Below, one piece after another: positions 17,140 to 25,939 of a stretch of 64,000 nt of DNA. Position 1 is the first letter of the stretch; every line of letters starts with the position of its first letter. The position numbers were made by a program, and so were the translations under genes. Source of the DNA: a virus (taxonomy: Duplodnaviria; Caudoviricetes); the IMG/VR virus record IMGVR_UViG_2863357390_000001; one strand, given 5' to 3'. The notes below the pieces were generated by a model. The model was not told where the DNA came from. It did no database searches and saw nothing but the letters and a program-made list of their open reading frames with translations.

Positions 17140-17303
17140 GTGAATGGGGGTGTGAAGGGGGTGAATGCGAGGGTGAGTCGGTTCGGTGTCACCGGGTCTC
17201 ACTCCGCTCTCACTCCGCATCACTGCGGCTTTCACCCCCGTGTCACCCCGTATCACTGCGGTCTCACCTCCGGTCTCACCCCGCTTGTCACCCCCGCTCT
17301 CAC
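17140..17303. repeat. Helically phased TCAC/GTGA repeat array (clt-like candidate)
   Basis: 11 TCAC motifs spaced 10-12 nt plus 4 inverted GTGA motifs, directly downstream of traB. Confidence 0.7.
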
Positions 17304-17387
17304 CCCCTCCGACCTGTAACTGCGTGTCCGTCGGCCGGGGTGACGCGTCGACGGACGGACCGGCCGCCTCCGGGACTTCGGCGCGGA

Positions 17388-19400
17388 TCATGCCGGGACC
17401 AACTCGCGCACGAACCTGAACCCGGTGTCGGTGCGCTCCAGTTGCCCGGTGTCCACACGGCCGTTCAGCGACTTGTAGACCCACGCCGGGGACCGGACCG
17501 CCTTTCGGGCCACGTCGACCAAATCCCCGGCCCGGATCTCCTCCACGCCCTGGGCCTGGAGTTCGAGCAGCCGCTGCTCGAACAGCGCGGCGGCCTCGGC
17601 GGGCGTGGCTTTGGGTCCGGCGGGTCGCTCCCAGTCGCCGTCCGTGCCGCCGATGGGCAGCGGGTCGTCGATGCCCGGCTGCACGGAAGGGTCCGGGTCG
17701 TCGGCACCGGGCCGCCACGGCTCCTCGAAGTCGTCGCCGAGCAGATCCCGCACCGGCGCCTCGTCGTCTTCGTCGTCCACGACCGGCACCGGCACCGGGG
17801 TGGGCGGCACAACGGGTGCTGCGGGTGCGCTCGGGGCCGCGCCGACCATGCTCTCGACCGGAACCCGGGTGGTGTACAGCTCGCCGAACGCCGCCGTGGT
17901 CATCGCGTCCAAATCGTCGCCGTGCAGCCGTGCCCAGCGGGCCAGCATCCGGAGCTGGTCGTCGGAGATCCCCAGGGTCCGGCCAGGGGTGGTCCACAGC
18001 GCCCGGTCGACGCCGGGGGCGACCAGGTAGCAGCACGCGGGCCGTTCGTTCTTCCACCGTGACGGGTCGGCACCGGCCTCCAGGACCTCGTCGGGCATGG
18101 CGAACGCGGCGTCTTCCTGCTCGGCGACGCCGAAGCAGAGCACCGCGCCGAACTGCGCGCGCGCGGCCACGTCGAGCGACACGTACGAGGGCCTCTGCAT
18201 GGACAAGGTGAACTCGACGCCCACCGACCGGATGCGCTCCATGGACTGGACGAACGCCTTGTCGCCCAGGAACAGGCCGGATCCCTCCTCGATGTGCACG
18301 CGCAGCCGGGGAATGCCGCACCCGGGCTCCCAGTTCTTCAGGCCGCGGCGGCCGAGGTAGTCGGCCCGCGCCGGTACGACCTTGTCCCGCAGAGCCCGCA
18401 TCAGCGCGTGGGCCTCGGCCTCGGTGCGGATGACCCACCGGATCCCCTCGGCCAGCGGCCCCAGGGACTGCGCGCCCTTCACCGTGTCGACGTAGATCGT
18501 GTAGGTGTCCCGGCGGGTGAACTCCTCGGCGAAGATCACGTAGGCGCCGAAGGTCTTGCCCGCACCGGTCATTCCCATGATCAGGAGCGCGGTCTCGCCC
18601 CATCCGGGTCGGTGCAACGGCAGCATCATCGGCCGCCCGTCCTCGTACACCCCGATCCGGTACGGCTGCGCCGGCGTGCCGCCCAGCGCGGACGGTTCGG
18701 TGTACGGGGTGGACTCGCGCAGCATGTCCCGGCGGACCAGGGTCAGCTCGGCCTGCGACGAGTCGTCCGGGGACGGGGTGATGCGCGCACCGCCCGGCGG
18801 GAGCCGGAGCACCGACTCGAGCTTGGACAGGGAGCGCTGGGCGTCGTCGACGGTCTCGCCGCCCTCCAGCGACAGCGGCCCGGCCAGCCGGTCCTCCGAC
18901 TTCTCCTTCGGCGTGTAGGCCGAGCCCTCGAGCGCACCGCCGACCTTGGTGGACACCTCGTCCCACAGCGACCGGCGGGCGCCCTCGGTCGCGTCCTGGG
19001 TGCGGCGCAGCACCCGGCGTACGATCCACGCCCCGGTCACCGACGCCCCCGCCCACCCCCACACGCCCAGCAGCGGCTGCGACACCGGCCCGGCCATCAC
19101 CGCGGCGATCTGGTGGGCGCCGACCAGGATCGGCGTGCCCAGCGCGAACACCCGGCCCAGCATGTTGCGCCGTCGGTCCAGGTGGTGGACCAGGACGACC
19201 ATGCCCGCGGTCGTGGCCCCGATGCCCAGGGTCATCCACGGCAGCGACTCCGGCGTGGCCAGTCCCCACAGGGTGCACGACAACGCGAAGTCGCCGGCCA
19301 GTCCGGCGACGGGCGCGGCGGCCACGGCCAGGCGGGACGCGGCGTGCTTGGCCACCCGGCCCCCGGCGTCCTTCGACGCTCTGATCAGCGGGTTAACCAC
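17388..19400 (-). CDS. traB: FtsK/SpoIIIE-like TraB plasmid-transfer DNA translocase
   Basis: N-terminal TM region, Walker A GMTGAGKT, Walker B VHIEEG, SMQRPS, C-terminal wHTH. Confidence 0.85.
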   Translation of the reverse strand: MVNPLIRASKDAGGRVAKHAASRLAVAAAPVAGLAGDFALSCTLWGLATPESLPWMTLGIGATTAGMVVLVHHLDRRRNMLGRVFALGTPILVGAHQIAAVMAGPVSQPLLGVWGWAGASVTGAWIVRRVLRRTQDATEGARRSLWDEVSTKVGGALEGSAYTPKEKSEDRLAGPLSLEGGETVDDAQRSLSKLESVLRLPPGGARITPSPDDSSQAELTLVRRDMLRESTPYTEPSALGGTPAQPYRIGVYEDGRPMMLPLHRPGWGETALLIMGMTGAGKTFGAYVIFAEEFTRRDTYTIYVDTVKGAQSLGPLAEGIRWVIRTEAEAHALMRALRDKVVPARADYLGRRGLKNWEPGCGIPRLRVHIEEGSGLFLGDKAFVQSMERIRSVGVEFTLSMQRPSYVSLDVAARAQFGAVLCFGVAEQEDAAFAMPDEVLEAGADPSRWKNERPACCYLVAPGVDRALWTTPGRTLGISDDQLRMLARWARLHGDDLDAMTTAAFGELYTTRVPVESMVGAAPSAPAAPVVPPTPVPVPVVDDEDDEAPVRDLLGDDFEEPWRPGADDPDPSVQPGIDDPLPIGGTDGDWERPAGPKATPAEAAALFEQRLLELQAQGVEEIRAGDLVDVARKAVRSPAWVYKSLNGRVDTGQLERTDTGFRFVRELVPA

Positions 19401-19401
19401 G

Positions 19402-19782
19402 TCACCCCTCCCACGTCGTCTTCTTGCGCTTCTGCTCCGGGGTCATGCCGCGTTTGAAGTACTTGAAGTACAGGGCGTACGACTTGACGGCCATGCGTCC
19501 GGCGTGCAGCACCGCGTCGGCGGACTGCCGCAGCGCCCAGGCGACGATCTTCGCCCGGGCCTTGGCGGTCAGGCGGCCGAACGGGTCGCTGATCTGGCGG
19601 CCCTCCTCGTCGTAGCGGCGGAACTGGAAGGTCGCCAGGCTCACCTGGACCTGGTCGGCCTGGTAGGAGAGCAGGAACGCGAACTCCCGGCACGCGTCGC
19701 GTACCACCACGGTGAATGCCTCCAGGCTGGCGCCGGATTGCAGTTCCACCCGGTACAGGTCGTCGAAGCGGTCGTCACTCAC
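19402..19782 (-). CDS. TraA-like plasmid transfer protein
   Basis: Basic helical protein (AKARAKIVAWAL...YFK) directly upstream of traB. Confidence 0.55.
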   Translation of the reverse strand: MSDDRFDDLYRVELQSGASLEAFTVVVRDACREFAFLLSYQADQVQVSLATFQFRRYDEEGRQISDPFGRLTAKARAKIVAWALRQSADAVLHAGRMAVKSYALYFKYFKRGMTPEQKRKKTTWEG

Positions 19783-20051
19783 CGCTGGTCCTTTCCGGTG
19801 TCGAGCGCGGGGGAATGGGGAGGGAAGAACTCGGGGTCGTCGGGATGCGGGTCGCGGCCGAAGTCGCGGACGGCGAGGATCGTGTGCACGGCCTGGGCAC
19901 GTCCGGCGCACCACCGGCCGGCCCGCTCGACCACGGCCACGGCGGCCAGCAGCACGGCCCGTGTCGTGGCCAGCACGAGCACGGCGGCCAGCCACCCGTG
20001 GTAGGAAGCCAGCCACCACGCCGTGACCAGACGGATGCGCATTCCGATCAC
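19779..20051 (-). CDS. Small hypothetical membrane protein
   Basis: Coupled within the transfer operon. Confidence 0.55.
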   Translation of the reverse strand: MIGMRIRLVTAWWLASYHGWLAAVLVLATTRAVLLAAVAVVERAGRWCAGRAQAVHTILAVRDFGRDPHPDDPEFFPPHSPALDTGKDQR

Positions 20052-20551
20052 CGGGTCAGCCGATCCAGGTCACGGCGCTCCAACCGGCCGTGGTCACGCA
20101 ACGCGGCGGCCACGGCGGTCACCGCGTCCCAGTTGAGGTCGAGCAGACCCTCGACCTCGACGTCGAGCCCGGCCGCGTCCAACTCGGACTCCCGATCGCG
20201 CAGCGCCGCGGCGACCTCCCGGAAATCGCCGCGGTTGCACCGGGCCCGGTGCACCTGGCGGCGGGCGGCCGAGGGCCGGACGCCCCGGGCGACGCGGCAG
20301 CGGATCTCGGCGGCCGGTCCGACCGCGGCGACCACGGCGGCGACGTCGGGGTGCTCGTCCACGCGGCGGGACAGCTCGCTGCGGCCCTGCACGTGCCAGT
20401 CGGACAGCCACGGCTTGCGCCAGGCCAGCCATACTCGGGCGACGGGCAGCCCGAGCAGTATGCCGATCACGGCGTGCGCGGCCTCGTGGACGGAGATCGC
20501 GTGCAAGTCGTCGGCGAGGCGTTCGGCGACGGCGGCGGGCGGGGCGGTCAC
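20048..20551 (-). CDS. HExxH zinc-metalloprotease-like protein (M41/M50-like)
   Basis: VHEAAHAVI, AVGPAAE, GDF motifs. Confidence 0.7.
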   Translation of the reverse strand: MTAPPAAVAERLADDLHAISVHEAAHAVIGILLGLPVARVWLAWRKPWLSDWHVQGRSELSRRVDEHPDVAAVVAAVGPAAEIRCRVARGVRPSAARRQVHRARCNRGDFREVAAALRDRESELDAAGLDVEVEGLLDLNWDAVTAVAAALRDHGRLERRDLDRLTR

Positions 20552-21159
20552 CGGTCGTCCCCGGTCTGCGGGGTGGACAGCCAGTCGGCGAGCCGGGTGA
20601 TCACGACGGGGTCGTTCGAGCCGGACAGCCGCCGGGCCTGCTCGTAGCGGTCGGTGTTCTCGGCGGACACGGGGGCGAGGACGGGAGCGGCGAGCCGTTT
20701 GGCCGTCTTGATCGCGTCGCGCACGATCCGGGCGTGGTCGAACCCGAGCCGGTCGTACAGGCCGTCGTCGACGCGCCGCCATTCGGCGGTGGCCGCGTCG
20801 TCCCCGGCGACCGGGACGGGCAGGAACGTGGCCACGGTGACGTAGGCGAGGGTGGCGTAGTCGCCCCGGGGGTCGCGGCCCGGGTCGGCGTAGCCGCCGA
20901 CGTGGTGCCAGCGGCCGGGCACGACGATCCCGGTCTCCTCGGCGAGTTCGCGGATCGCGGCGGCCAGCGGGGTCTCGTCGGGGTGGACGTGCCCGCCGGG
21001 CAGCGCGGGTTGGCCCTGGTAGGGGTCCTTGCCGCGGGCGACGGTGAGCACCCACCAGTCGTGGCCGACGCGGTGCAGGACGACGGCGTCGGCGGTGAGC
21101 GCGGGATGCCGGCGGTCCGGCCGGTCCGGGTTGTGGGGTGTGCTGGTACCCGGGAGCAT
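20548..21159 (-). CDS. NUDIX hydrolase
   Basis: ALPGGHVHPDETPLAAAIRELAEETG, RDPRG, GDDA, LGFDH. Confidence 0.93.
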   Translation of the reverse strand: MLPGTSTPHNPDRPDRRHPALTADAVVLHRVGHDWWVLTVARGKDPYQGQPALPGGHVHPDETPLAAAIRELAEETGIVVPGRWHHVGGYADPGRDPRGDYATLAYVTVATFLPVPVAGDDAATAEWRRVDDGLYDRLGFDHARIVRDAIKTAKRLAAPVLAPVSAENTDRYEQARRLSGSNDPVVITRLADWLSTPQTGDDR

Positions 21160-21212
21160 CGGGGTCCCTCCTGGCTGTCGGTGGCGTTGCGGTTGTCGTG
21201 GTCGGGGTGGGG

Positions 21213-21264
21213 CCCGGTCGGGGCGGGGACGTGCCGGTCAGCGTGTCGACCCGCCCCGACCGGG
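21213..21264. terminator. 15-bp inverted repeat (terminator or RNA stem)
   Basis: CCCGGTCGGGGCGGG / CCCGCCCCGACCGGG. Confidence 0.6.
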
Positions 21265-21276
21265 GGCATGGCGGGG

Positions 21277-21717
21277 TCAGCCGGGGATCAGCCCGGCATC
21301 GACCAGGTAGGTGCGGCGGTCCTGTGCGGATTCGGCGTAGGCGTGGCCGATGGTCACGATCCGGTCCGGCAGGTCCAGGTAGTCGGCGACCGGGCGGACG
21401 AGGACCCACTCCTGCCCGTCCGGCTCGGCCGAGTCCAGCGTGATCCGCCCGCCGAGTTCCGGGTGCTCGCCCAGGAGGGGCCGTGCCTGGGCGGTGTGGG
21501 CCTCCCGCACGATGTCCCGGAGGGCCTTGACGAGGCGCTGGGCGGCTTTGCCGAGGTGGTGGTGCTGGTCGCGGTGCCGCAGCAGGCTCTGCTGCCACGG
21601 GCGGGTCGGGTCGCGCAGGTCCTGCCAGGCCTGGTTGGACTCGGTGGCTTCCTTGGCGAGCGCCCGCCAGGCCGTGGCCACGGCCTCGACGGCGGTCTGC
21701 GCTGCGACGATCGTCAT
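21277..21717 (-). CDS. Hypothetical protein
   Basis: AGGAG RBS. Confidence 0.65.
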   Translation of the reverse strand: MTIVAAQTAVEAVATAWRALAKEATESNQAWQDLRDPTRPWQQSLLRHRDQHHHLGKAAQRLVKALRDIVREAHTAQARPLLGEHPELGGRITLDSAEPDGQEWVLVRPVADYLDLPDRIVTIGHAYAESAQDRRTYLVDAGLIPG

Positions 21718-21788
21718 GACTGCTCCTGGATCAGGTACGGGTCGGCGGGCGATTTCGGTGCCGGTACCGGTGGTCACGGGTGGTCTGC

Positions 21789-22748
21789 TCACGGCAGCAG
21801 GCGGTGGTCTTCGAACATGTCGGTGGCGTGAAACTGGCCGAGGACCATGCAGCGCAGGTCCGCGTCCCGCTCCATGACCGGCGGCACCCCGAACACGACC
21901 GCGCCGACCACCACCAGGAACGTCCGGATCACCGCGTCGGACCCCTTCTTGGTGCGCGGGGACTGGTAGAGCAGGAACCGGGCCCACTGCCAGGCGCGCA
22001 AGGCCTTGTCGGGGTGGTCGAGGTAGGCCTGGGCGAGCAGGTCCAGGGCGGCGGTGAACATCCGGTCGGCGTGGTCGGGGTCGGCGGTGACGCAGTACAT
22101 CGGGTCGCCGCCGGTCTCGACCTGTCCGGTGTCGGCGCGGCGCGCGCGGATGCGGGCGTACAGGTGTTCGGCGACTTCGCGGGCCGCCGCGCCGCGCACG
22201 ATCCGGTTGCCGGGCAGGGTGGCCCCGCCGGGCAGGGTGACCGTGGTGACCAGCTCGTCGGCACGCGGCGCCTCGGCGGCGAACCTGCGCTCGGCCTGCT
22301 CGCCGTAGTGCTCCATGATCTCGCTGGCCGGGGTCGACAGCCCGCCGTCGAACGTCCGCGTGGCCGGGCTCCACACGGCCGCGTCGCGCAGCCGGCCGAA
22401 CGCGCCGATCCGGTCGTAGTTCGGCCCGCCCGCGCGCAGCGACAGCCGGTAGCGGCCGTGGTCGGCGGGCAGCAGGTAGCCCGGCCGGACCGTGTCCCCG
22501 CCGGTGCGGGCCCGGTCGAACTCCAACTCCCACCGCCAGCGGATCAGGTCGGCGTACAGGTCGTGCAGGTACGCGATCCGGGCGGCGTGGTCGTGCCCGG
22601 CACGCTCGAACTCGTCGGCGAGGCGGACCCGCATGTGCTCGGCGACCGCTGCCTGGAGGCAGGCGAACGCGTGCACGTCGGCCCGCTTGGCGGCGTTGTT
22701 GGTGCGCAGGGCGAGGTGGGGGGTGGGGAACGAGTCGGCGGTGATCAC
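21789..22748 (-). CDS. Hypothetical protein, possible degenerate Fic/fido-like C-terminus
   Basis: FLLYQSPRTKKGSDAVIRTFL resembles a Fic loop between helices. Confidence 0.5.
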   Translation of the reverse strand: MITADSFPTPHLALRTNNAAKRADVHAFACLQAAVAEHMRVRLADEFERAGHDHAARIAYLHDLYADLIRWRWELEFDRARTGGDTVRPGYLLPADHGRYRLSLRAGGPNYDRIGAFGRLRDAAVWSPATRTFDGGLSTPASEIMEHYGEQAERRFAAEAPRADELVTTVTLPGGATLPGNRIVRGAAAREVAEHLYARIRARRADTGQVETGGDPMYCVTADPDHADRMFTAALDLLAQAYLDHPDKALRAWQWARFLLYQSPRTKKGSDAVIRTFLVVVGAVVFGVPPVMERDADLRCMVLGQFHATDMFEDHRLLP

Positions 22749-22945
22749 GGGTTCCTCCGGGCGTGCTGGGCGGCCAGGGCGGCGGTGAGCTGGGCGTTGA
22801 GCGCGTGGACCTGTCCGGCCTTGTCGTACTGGATGCTGGCGATGCCGTTGCAGGTGTTGCAGTAGCGCACGGCGTCCTTGTTGTGTACGCGCCAGTCGCT
22901 GTCGGCTCCGTGCCCGGTGGACCCGGGGCAGGTGGTGTTGGTCAT
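22745..22945 (-). CDS. Small Cys-containing hypothetical protein
   Basis: CxxC; AAAGGG RBS; coupled to the next gene. Confidence 0.55.
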   Translation of the reverse strand: MTNTTCPGSTGHGADSDWRVHNKDAVRYCNTCNGIASIQYDKAGQVHALNAQLTAALAAQHARRNP

Positions 22946-22962
22946 CGGCTGAGTCCCTTTCG

Positions 22963-23319
22963 TTACTGCCAGGTGGAGTGGATGAGGAGGTCGGGGAGTC
23001 GGGTGTCGTCGAGGTGGTCGACGGCGGCGGTGAGCGCGGCGATGAGGGTGCGGGCCTGGTCGGCGGTGACGGTGAGGTCGTGCCAGCCCTCGCCGTCGAC
23101 GTGGGCGAGGTTGATCCAGGCGTGGACGCCGTCGTCGGGGTCGGCGGTGCGGGTCACGGAGACGCACACCGCGTTCGGGTTGGTGTTGGTCTCGTGCGGG
23201 GTGCGGCCGAACACGCGGGTGGCGGTGCACTCGCCGGGGCCGAGGTCAGGGGTTTCGAGGTGGCGGCCGTCACAGCCACGGAGGCACTGGGGGATGACGG
23301 TGATGAGAGACTGGGACAC
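22963..23319 (-). CDS. Hypothetical protein
   Basis: AGGAG RBS; CxxGCxGxH N-terminus. Confidence 0.65.
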   Translation of the reverse strand: MSQSLITVIPQCLRGCDGRHLETPDLGPGECTATRVFGRTPHETNTNPNAVCVSVTRTADPDDGVHAWINLAHVDGEGWHDLTVTADQARTLIAALTAAVDHLDDTRLPDLLIHSTWQ

Positions 23320-23353
23320 AGGTCCGCTCCTGGTGATGCAGGTGGTGGGCTGA

Positions 23354-23389
23354 GAAGGGCCGTTCGGGGTGCTGTCCCGGCGGCCCTTC
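23354..23389. terminator. Hairpin/terminator
   Basis: 9-bp stem GAAGGGCCG/CGGCCCTTC. Confidence 0.5.
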
Positions 23390-23403
23390 GTCCATCGCGG
23401 GGG

Positions 23404-23727
23404 TCAGTGGTCGTGGTCGGGTTCGGGTTGGGGTTCGGGTAGGGCCAGGAGGCCGGCCACGGCGTCGGCGAGCGTTCCGTCGTGGTGCCAGGTGGCGTGT
23501 TCGCCGTCGCGGCGGTGGGCGGTGGCGTCGTCCGGGCCTCGGGTGGCCATGACGTCCACTACCGCCGTGCCGGGCCACACGCGCATGCCGGAGAAGCCGC
23601 ATTTGCCGTCCTCGTAGGCGATACGCAGCGGGAACCACTTCCACGGGCCTTGTGTGGCGAGCAGGTCGAGGTCGGGTACGTCGGCTAGCCATTCGGCGAG
23701 CGCTTCGGGGGTCAGGTCGTCGGCCAC
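23404..23727 (-). CDS. Hypothetical protein
   Basis: GGAG RBS before GTG. Confidence 0.65.
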   Translation of the reverse strand: MADDLTPEALAEWLADVPDLDLLATQGPWKWFPLRIAYEDGKCGFSGMRVWPGTAVVDVMATRGPDDATAHRRDGEHATWHHDGTLADAVAGLLALPEPQPEPDHDH

Positions 23728-23894
23728 GGCGTCGGCTCCGTTTTCGCGTGGGTCGGGTGGTTCTGGGGTGGTGCGGCGGCGGGGTCCCGGTGGGGGGTGT
23801 CCGGGTCCGCCGCCGCACCCGCCGCCCTGTCGGGGGAGGCTCGGGCGGCGCCCACACGCGGCGCGTACCACGTGCGAGTTCTCGGGGCTGGGTG

Positions 23895-24119
23895 TCAGGA
23901 ACCGCTTCGCTTCGACTCTGTCGACCCGCCGAACGCCAAGTGCTGGCGGCACTTACGCAGGGCATCGATTAGCTGGTCCAGCTGAGCTAGATCGAAGTGA
24001 CCTGCGGTAGGGGACGGGGTGTGCACGGTCACGTACCGCATGTCCAAGTTGACCGCCACGACGGCGGTTCCTCTGCGATCGGATGGGATGCGGCACGGGA
24101 TCGCGGCTCGGTACTTCAT
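23895..24119 (-). CDS. Small protein divergent from the XRE regulator
   Basis: 74-aa ORF in a typical position opposite XRE/DUF5753. Confidence 0.5.
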   Translation of the reverse strand: MKYRAAIPCRIPSDRRGTAVVAVNLDMRYVTVHTPSPTAGHFDLAQLDQLIDALRKCRQHLAFGGSTESKRSGS

Positions 24120-24268
24120 TGCGGATCGAACCCGCTGGTGCCAGCGGCTTGTTTCCACGCTATCGTGTCTGTTGCCGTCAGGGCGTCTTGTTTCCGAAAC
24201 ACGCCGGAACCATCGCACTGTTTCGACAACGCCGCAAGGCGCGATCGGGTGAAGCGGGAGGGCACTAC

Positions 24269-25144
24269 ATGCCAAGAAGGTCACCGGGCCCACGCGAGCG
24301 GGCGCTCGGCGCCAAGCTGCGGACACTGCGTGAAGCAATCGAGCCTCGTATGACGCTCGGTCACGCGGCGCAGCGGGCCGGGCTCTCCAAAGGCGTCATG
24401 TCGAAGCTGGAGAACGGCTTGCGCTTCATCCGCAGCGACGAGGTGCGAGCGCTGTGCACGCTCTACGGCGTGCCCTCGGACGTCCAGGAGCAACTCGTCA
24501 AAGAGGCATCCGACGAGTCCTCAGCCCATCTCGAGAAGAGCCTGCCCGGCGTCCCGAAGGAGTCAAACACGCTCGCCTCCTACGAAGGCGACGCGTGCCG
24601 CATGACGAGCTGGCAGCCTCTGTTGGTTCCGGGACTGCTTCAGACGTTCAGGTACACCGAAGCGTTCATGGCTGCAGACGGCATACCGGCAGACGAGATC
24701 GAGGCACGCGCGGTGGCGCGCCTACGCAGACAGGAGGTCCTGAAGAGCCGCGTCAGGTACACCGCGTACATCGGGGAGTTCGCCCTCGGGGTACCTGTGG
24801 GCGGACCGGCCGTCATGGCTCAGCAGCTACGGGAGCTGATCATCGCTGGCCAACGGCCGAATGTCACCATCCGGGTCGTCCCGTCCGACGCGGTGCATTC
24901 AGGGCTTCTCGGTCAGTGGTTGCTGCTGGAGTTCCCGCACGCCCGGCCTGTCGCCCACGTGGAGCAGCTCAGAAGTGCCCTGTTCCTTGCCGGGCCCGAC
25001 GCTCAGCCGTATGCCGATGCCGCCGCCCGCCTCGTGGATGTTTCGATGAACGCGACAGATTCGGTGCGGATCATCGAACAGATGGCCGAGACGATGGAGG
25101 GTCGAGCAGGTGGAGGCACAGCGACGGTGGAGGAAGTCGACTAG
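24269..25144 (+). CDS. XRE-HTH + DUF5753 transcriptional regulator
   Basis: ALGAKLRTLRE HTH; WQPLLVPGLLQT, IGEFAL, QQLREL, YADAAARL. Confidence 0.92.
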   Translation: MPRRSPGPRERALGAKLRTLREAIEPRMTLGHAAQRAGLSKGVMSKLENGLRFIRSDEVRALCTLYGVPSDVQEQLVKEASDESSAHLEKSLPGVPKESNTLASYEGDACRMTSWQPLLVPGLLQTFRYTEAFMAADGIPADEIEARAVARLRRQEVLKSRVRYTAYIGEFALGVPVGGPAVMAQQLRELIIAGQRPNVTIRVVPSDAVHSGLLGQWLLLEFPHARPVAHVEQLRSALFLAGPDAQPYADAAARLVDVSMNATDSVRIIEQMAETMEGRAGGGTATVEEVD

Positions 25145-25301
25145 ATCGGGCTCAACGTCTGACTGCGTAGAGGTCAGCCGGTCCGAGGGCCAAGCCGGCA
25201 TCCGGGACAGCAAGCGCCCCGGACCCGAGTTGGCGTTCACCCCAGGCGGCATGGACGCATTCCTCGCGGCCATTCGTGGGGGGAACTTCGACCGCCGGTG
25301 A
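25110..25301 (+). CDS. DUF397 protein 1
   Basis: WRKSTRS...CVEV...IRDSK. Confidence 0.92.
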   Translation: MEAQRRWRKSTRSGSTSDCVEVSRSEGQAGIRDSKRPGPELAFTPGGMDAFLAAIRGGNFDRR

Positions 25302-25303
25302 TA

Positions 25304-25352
25304 CAGAAGGCCGCGCCCACCGTTACTGGGCGCGGTCTCCGCGCTAGTGTGG
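25304..25352. repeat. 49-nt hairpin cassette, copy 1
   Basis: Near-identical to 25612-25660; stem plus TAGTGT. Confidence 0.8.
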
Positions 25353-25420
25353 TGCCGGTCACTTCCGCCGCTCAAGCACACCCGACGAGGAAACCAGCCC
25401 CGACCCAAGGCAGGTCCACG

Positions 25421-25600
25421 ATGAGCAAGGACGAAGCGCCGGACTGGCGTGTCAGCAGTTGGAGCGCGTCGGAGTCGAACTGCGTCGAGATCCACCGTGA
25501 CCTTGGCGCGGTGCGCGATTCGAAGAACCGAATGGGCCCGGAGTTGAGGTTCCGCCCCGGCGCCCTGGCGGCGTTCGTGCAGGGGGTCCGGCAGCAGTAG
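25421..25600 (+). CDS. DUF397 protein 2
   Basis: WRVSSWS...NCVEI...VRDSKN. Confidence 0.92.
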   Translation: MSKDEAPDWRVSSWSASESNCVEIHRDLGAVRDSKNRMGPELRFRPGALAAFVQGVRQQ

Positions 25601-25611
25601 GCCGGACGTGT

Positions 25612-25660
25612 CAGAAGGCCGCGCCCAGGGCTGTTGGGCGCGGCCTTCGCGCTAGTGTGG
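25612..25660. repeat. 49-nt hairpin cassette, copy 2
   Basis: Near-identical to 25304-25352. Confidence 0.8.
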
Positions 25661-25743
25661 CCGCGATCACCTCAGGCTTCACCCCCCTGTCGCCCCCTCG
25701 ACGGATGCGAGCGTTCGTTTCGATCGGAAGGTGCTCCCAGGCG

Positions 25744-25911
25744 ATGATCAAACCCGAATGGCGAAAATCAAGTCGCAGCACCAACACGGACTCCTGCGTC
25801 GAGGTCCGCAACGATCTCGCTGCCGTCAGGGACAGCAAGAACCCGAGCGGACCGCAGTTGGAGTTCACGCCACGATCACTGAAGGCGTTCGTGGCGGCAG
25901 TACGCCGCTGA
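25744..25911 (+). CDS. DUF397 protein 3
   Basis: WRKSSRS...CVEV...VRDSKNP. Confidence 0.92.
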   Translation: MIKPEWRKSSRSTNTDSCVEVRNDLAAVRDSKNPSGPQLEFTPRSLKAFVAAVRR

Positions 25912-25939
25912 CCACCCTGTCGAAGGAGCATGAACGACG

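Noticed and set aside
15943-19278. 1111-aa ORF at full length
   Set aside because: The upstream two-thirds overlaps traB out of frame and is low-complexity; the real start is 17115 or 17391.
21283-21294. GGGGATCAGCCC as a type I-E repeat end
   Set aside because: It encodes the final codons (GLIP) of the minus-strand gene and has no upstream stem.
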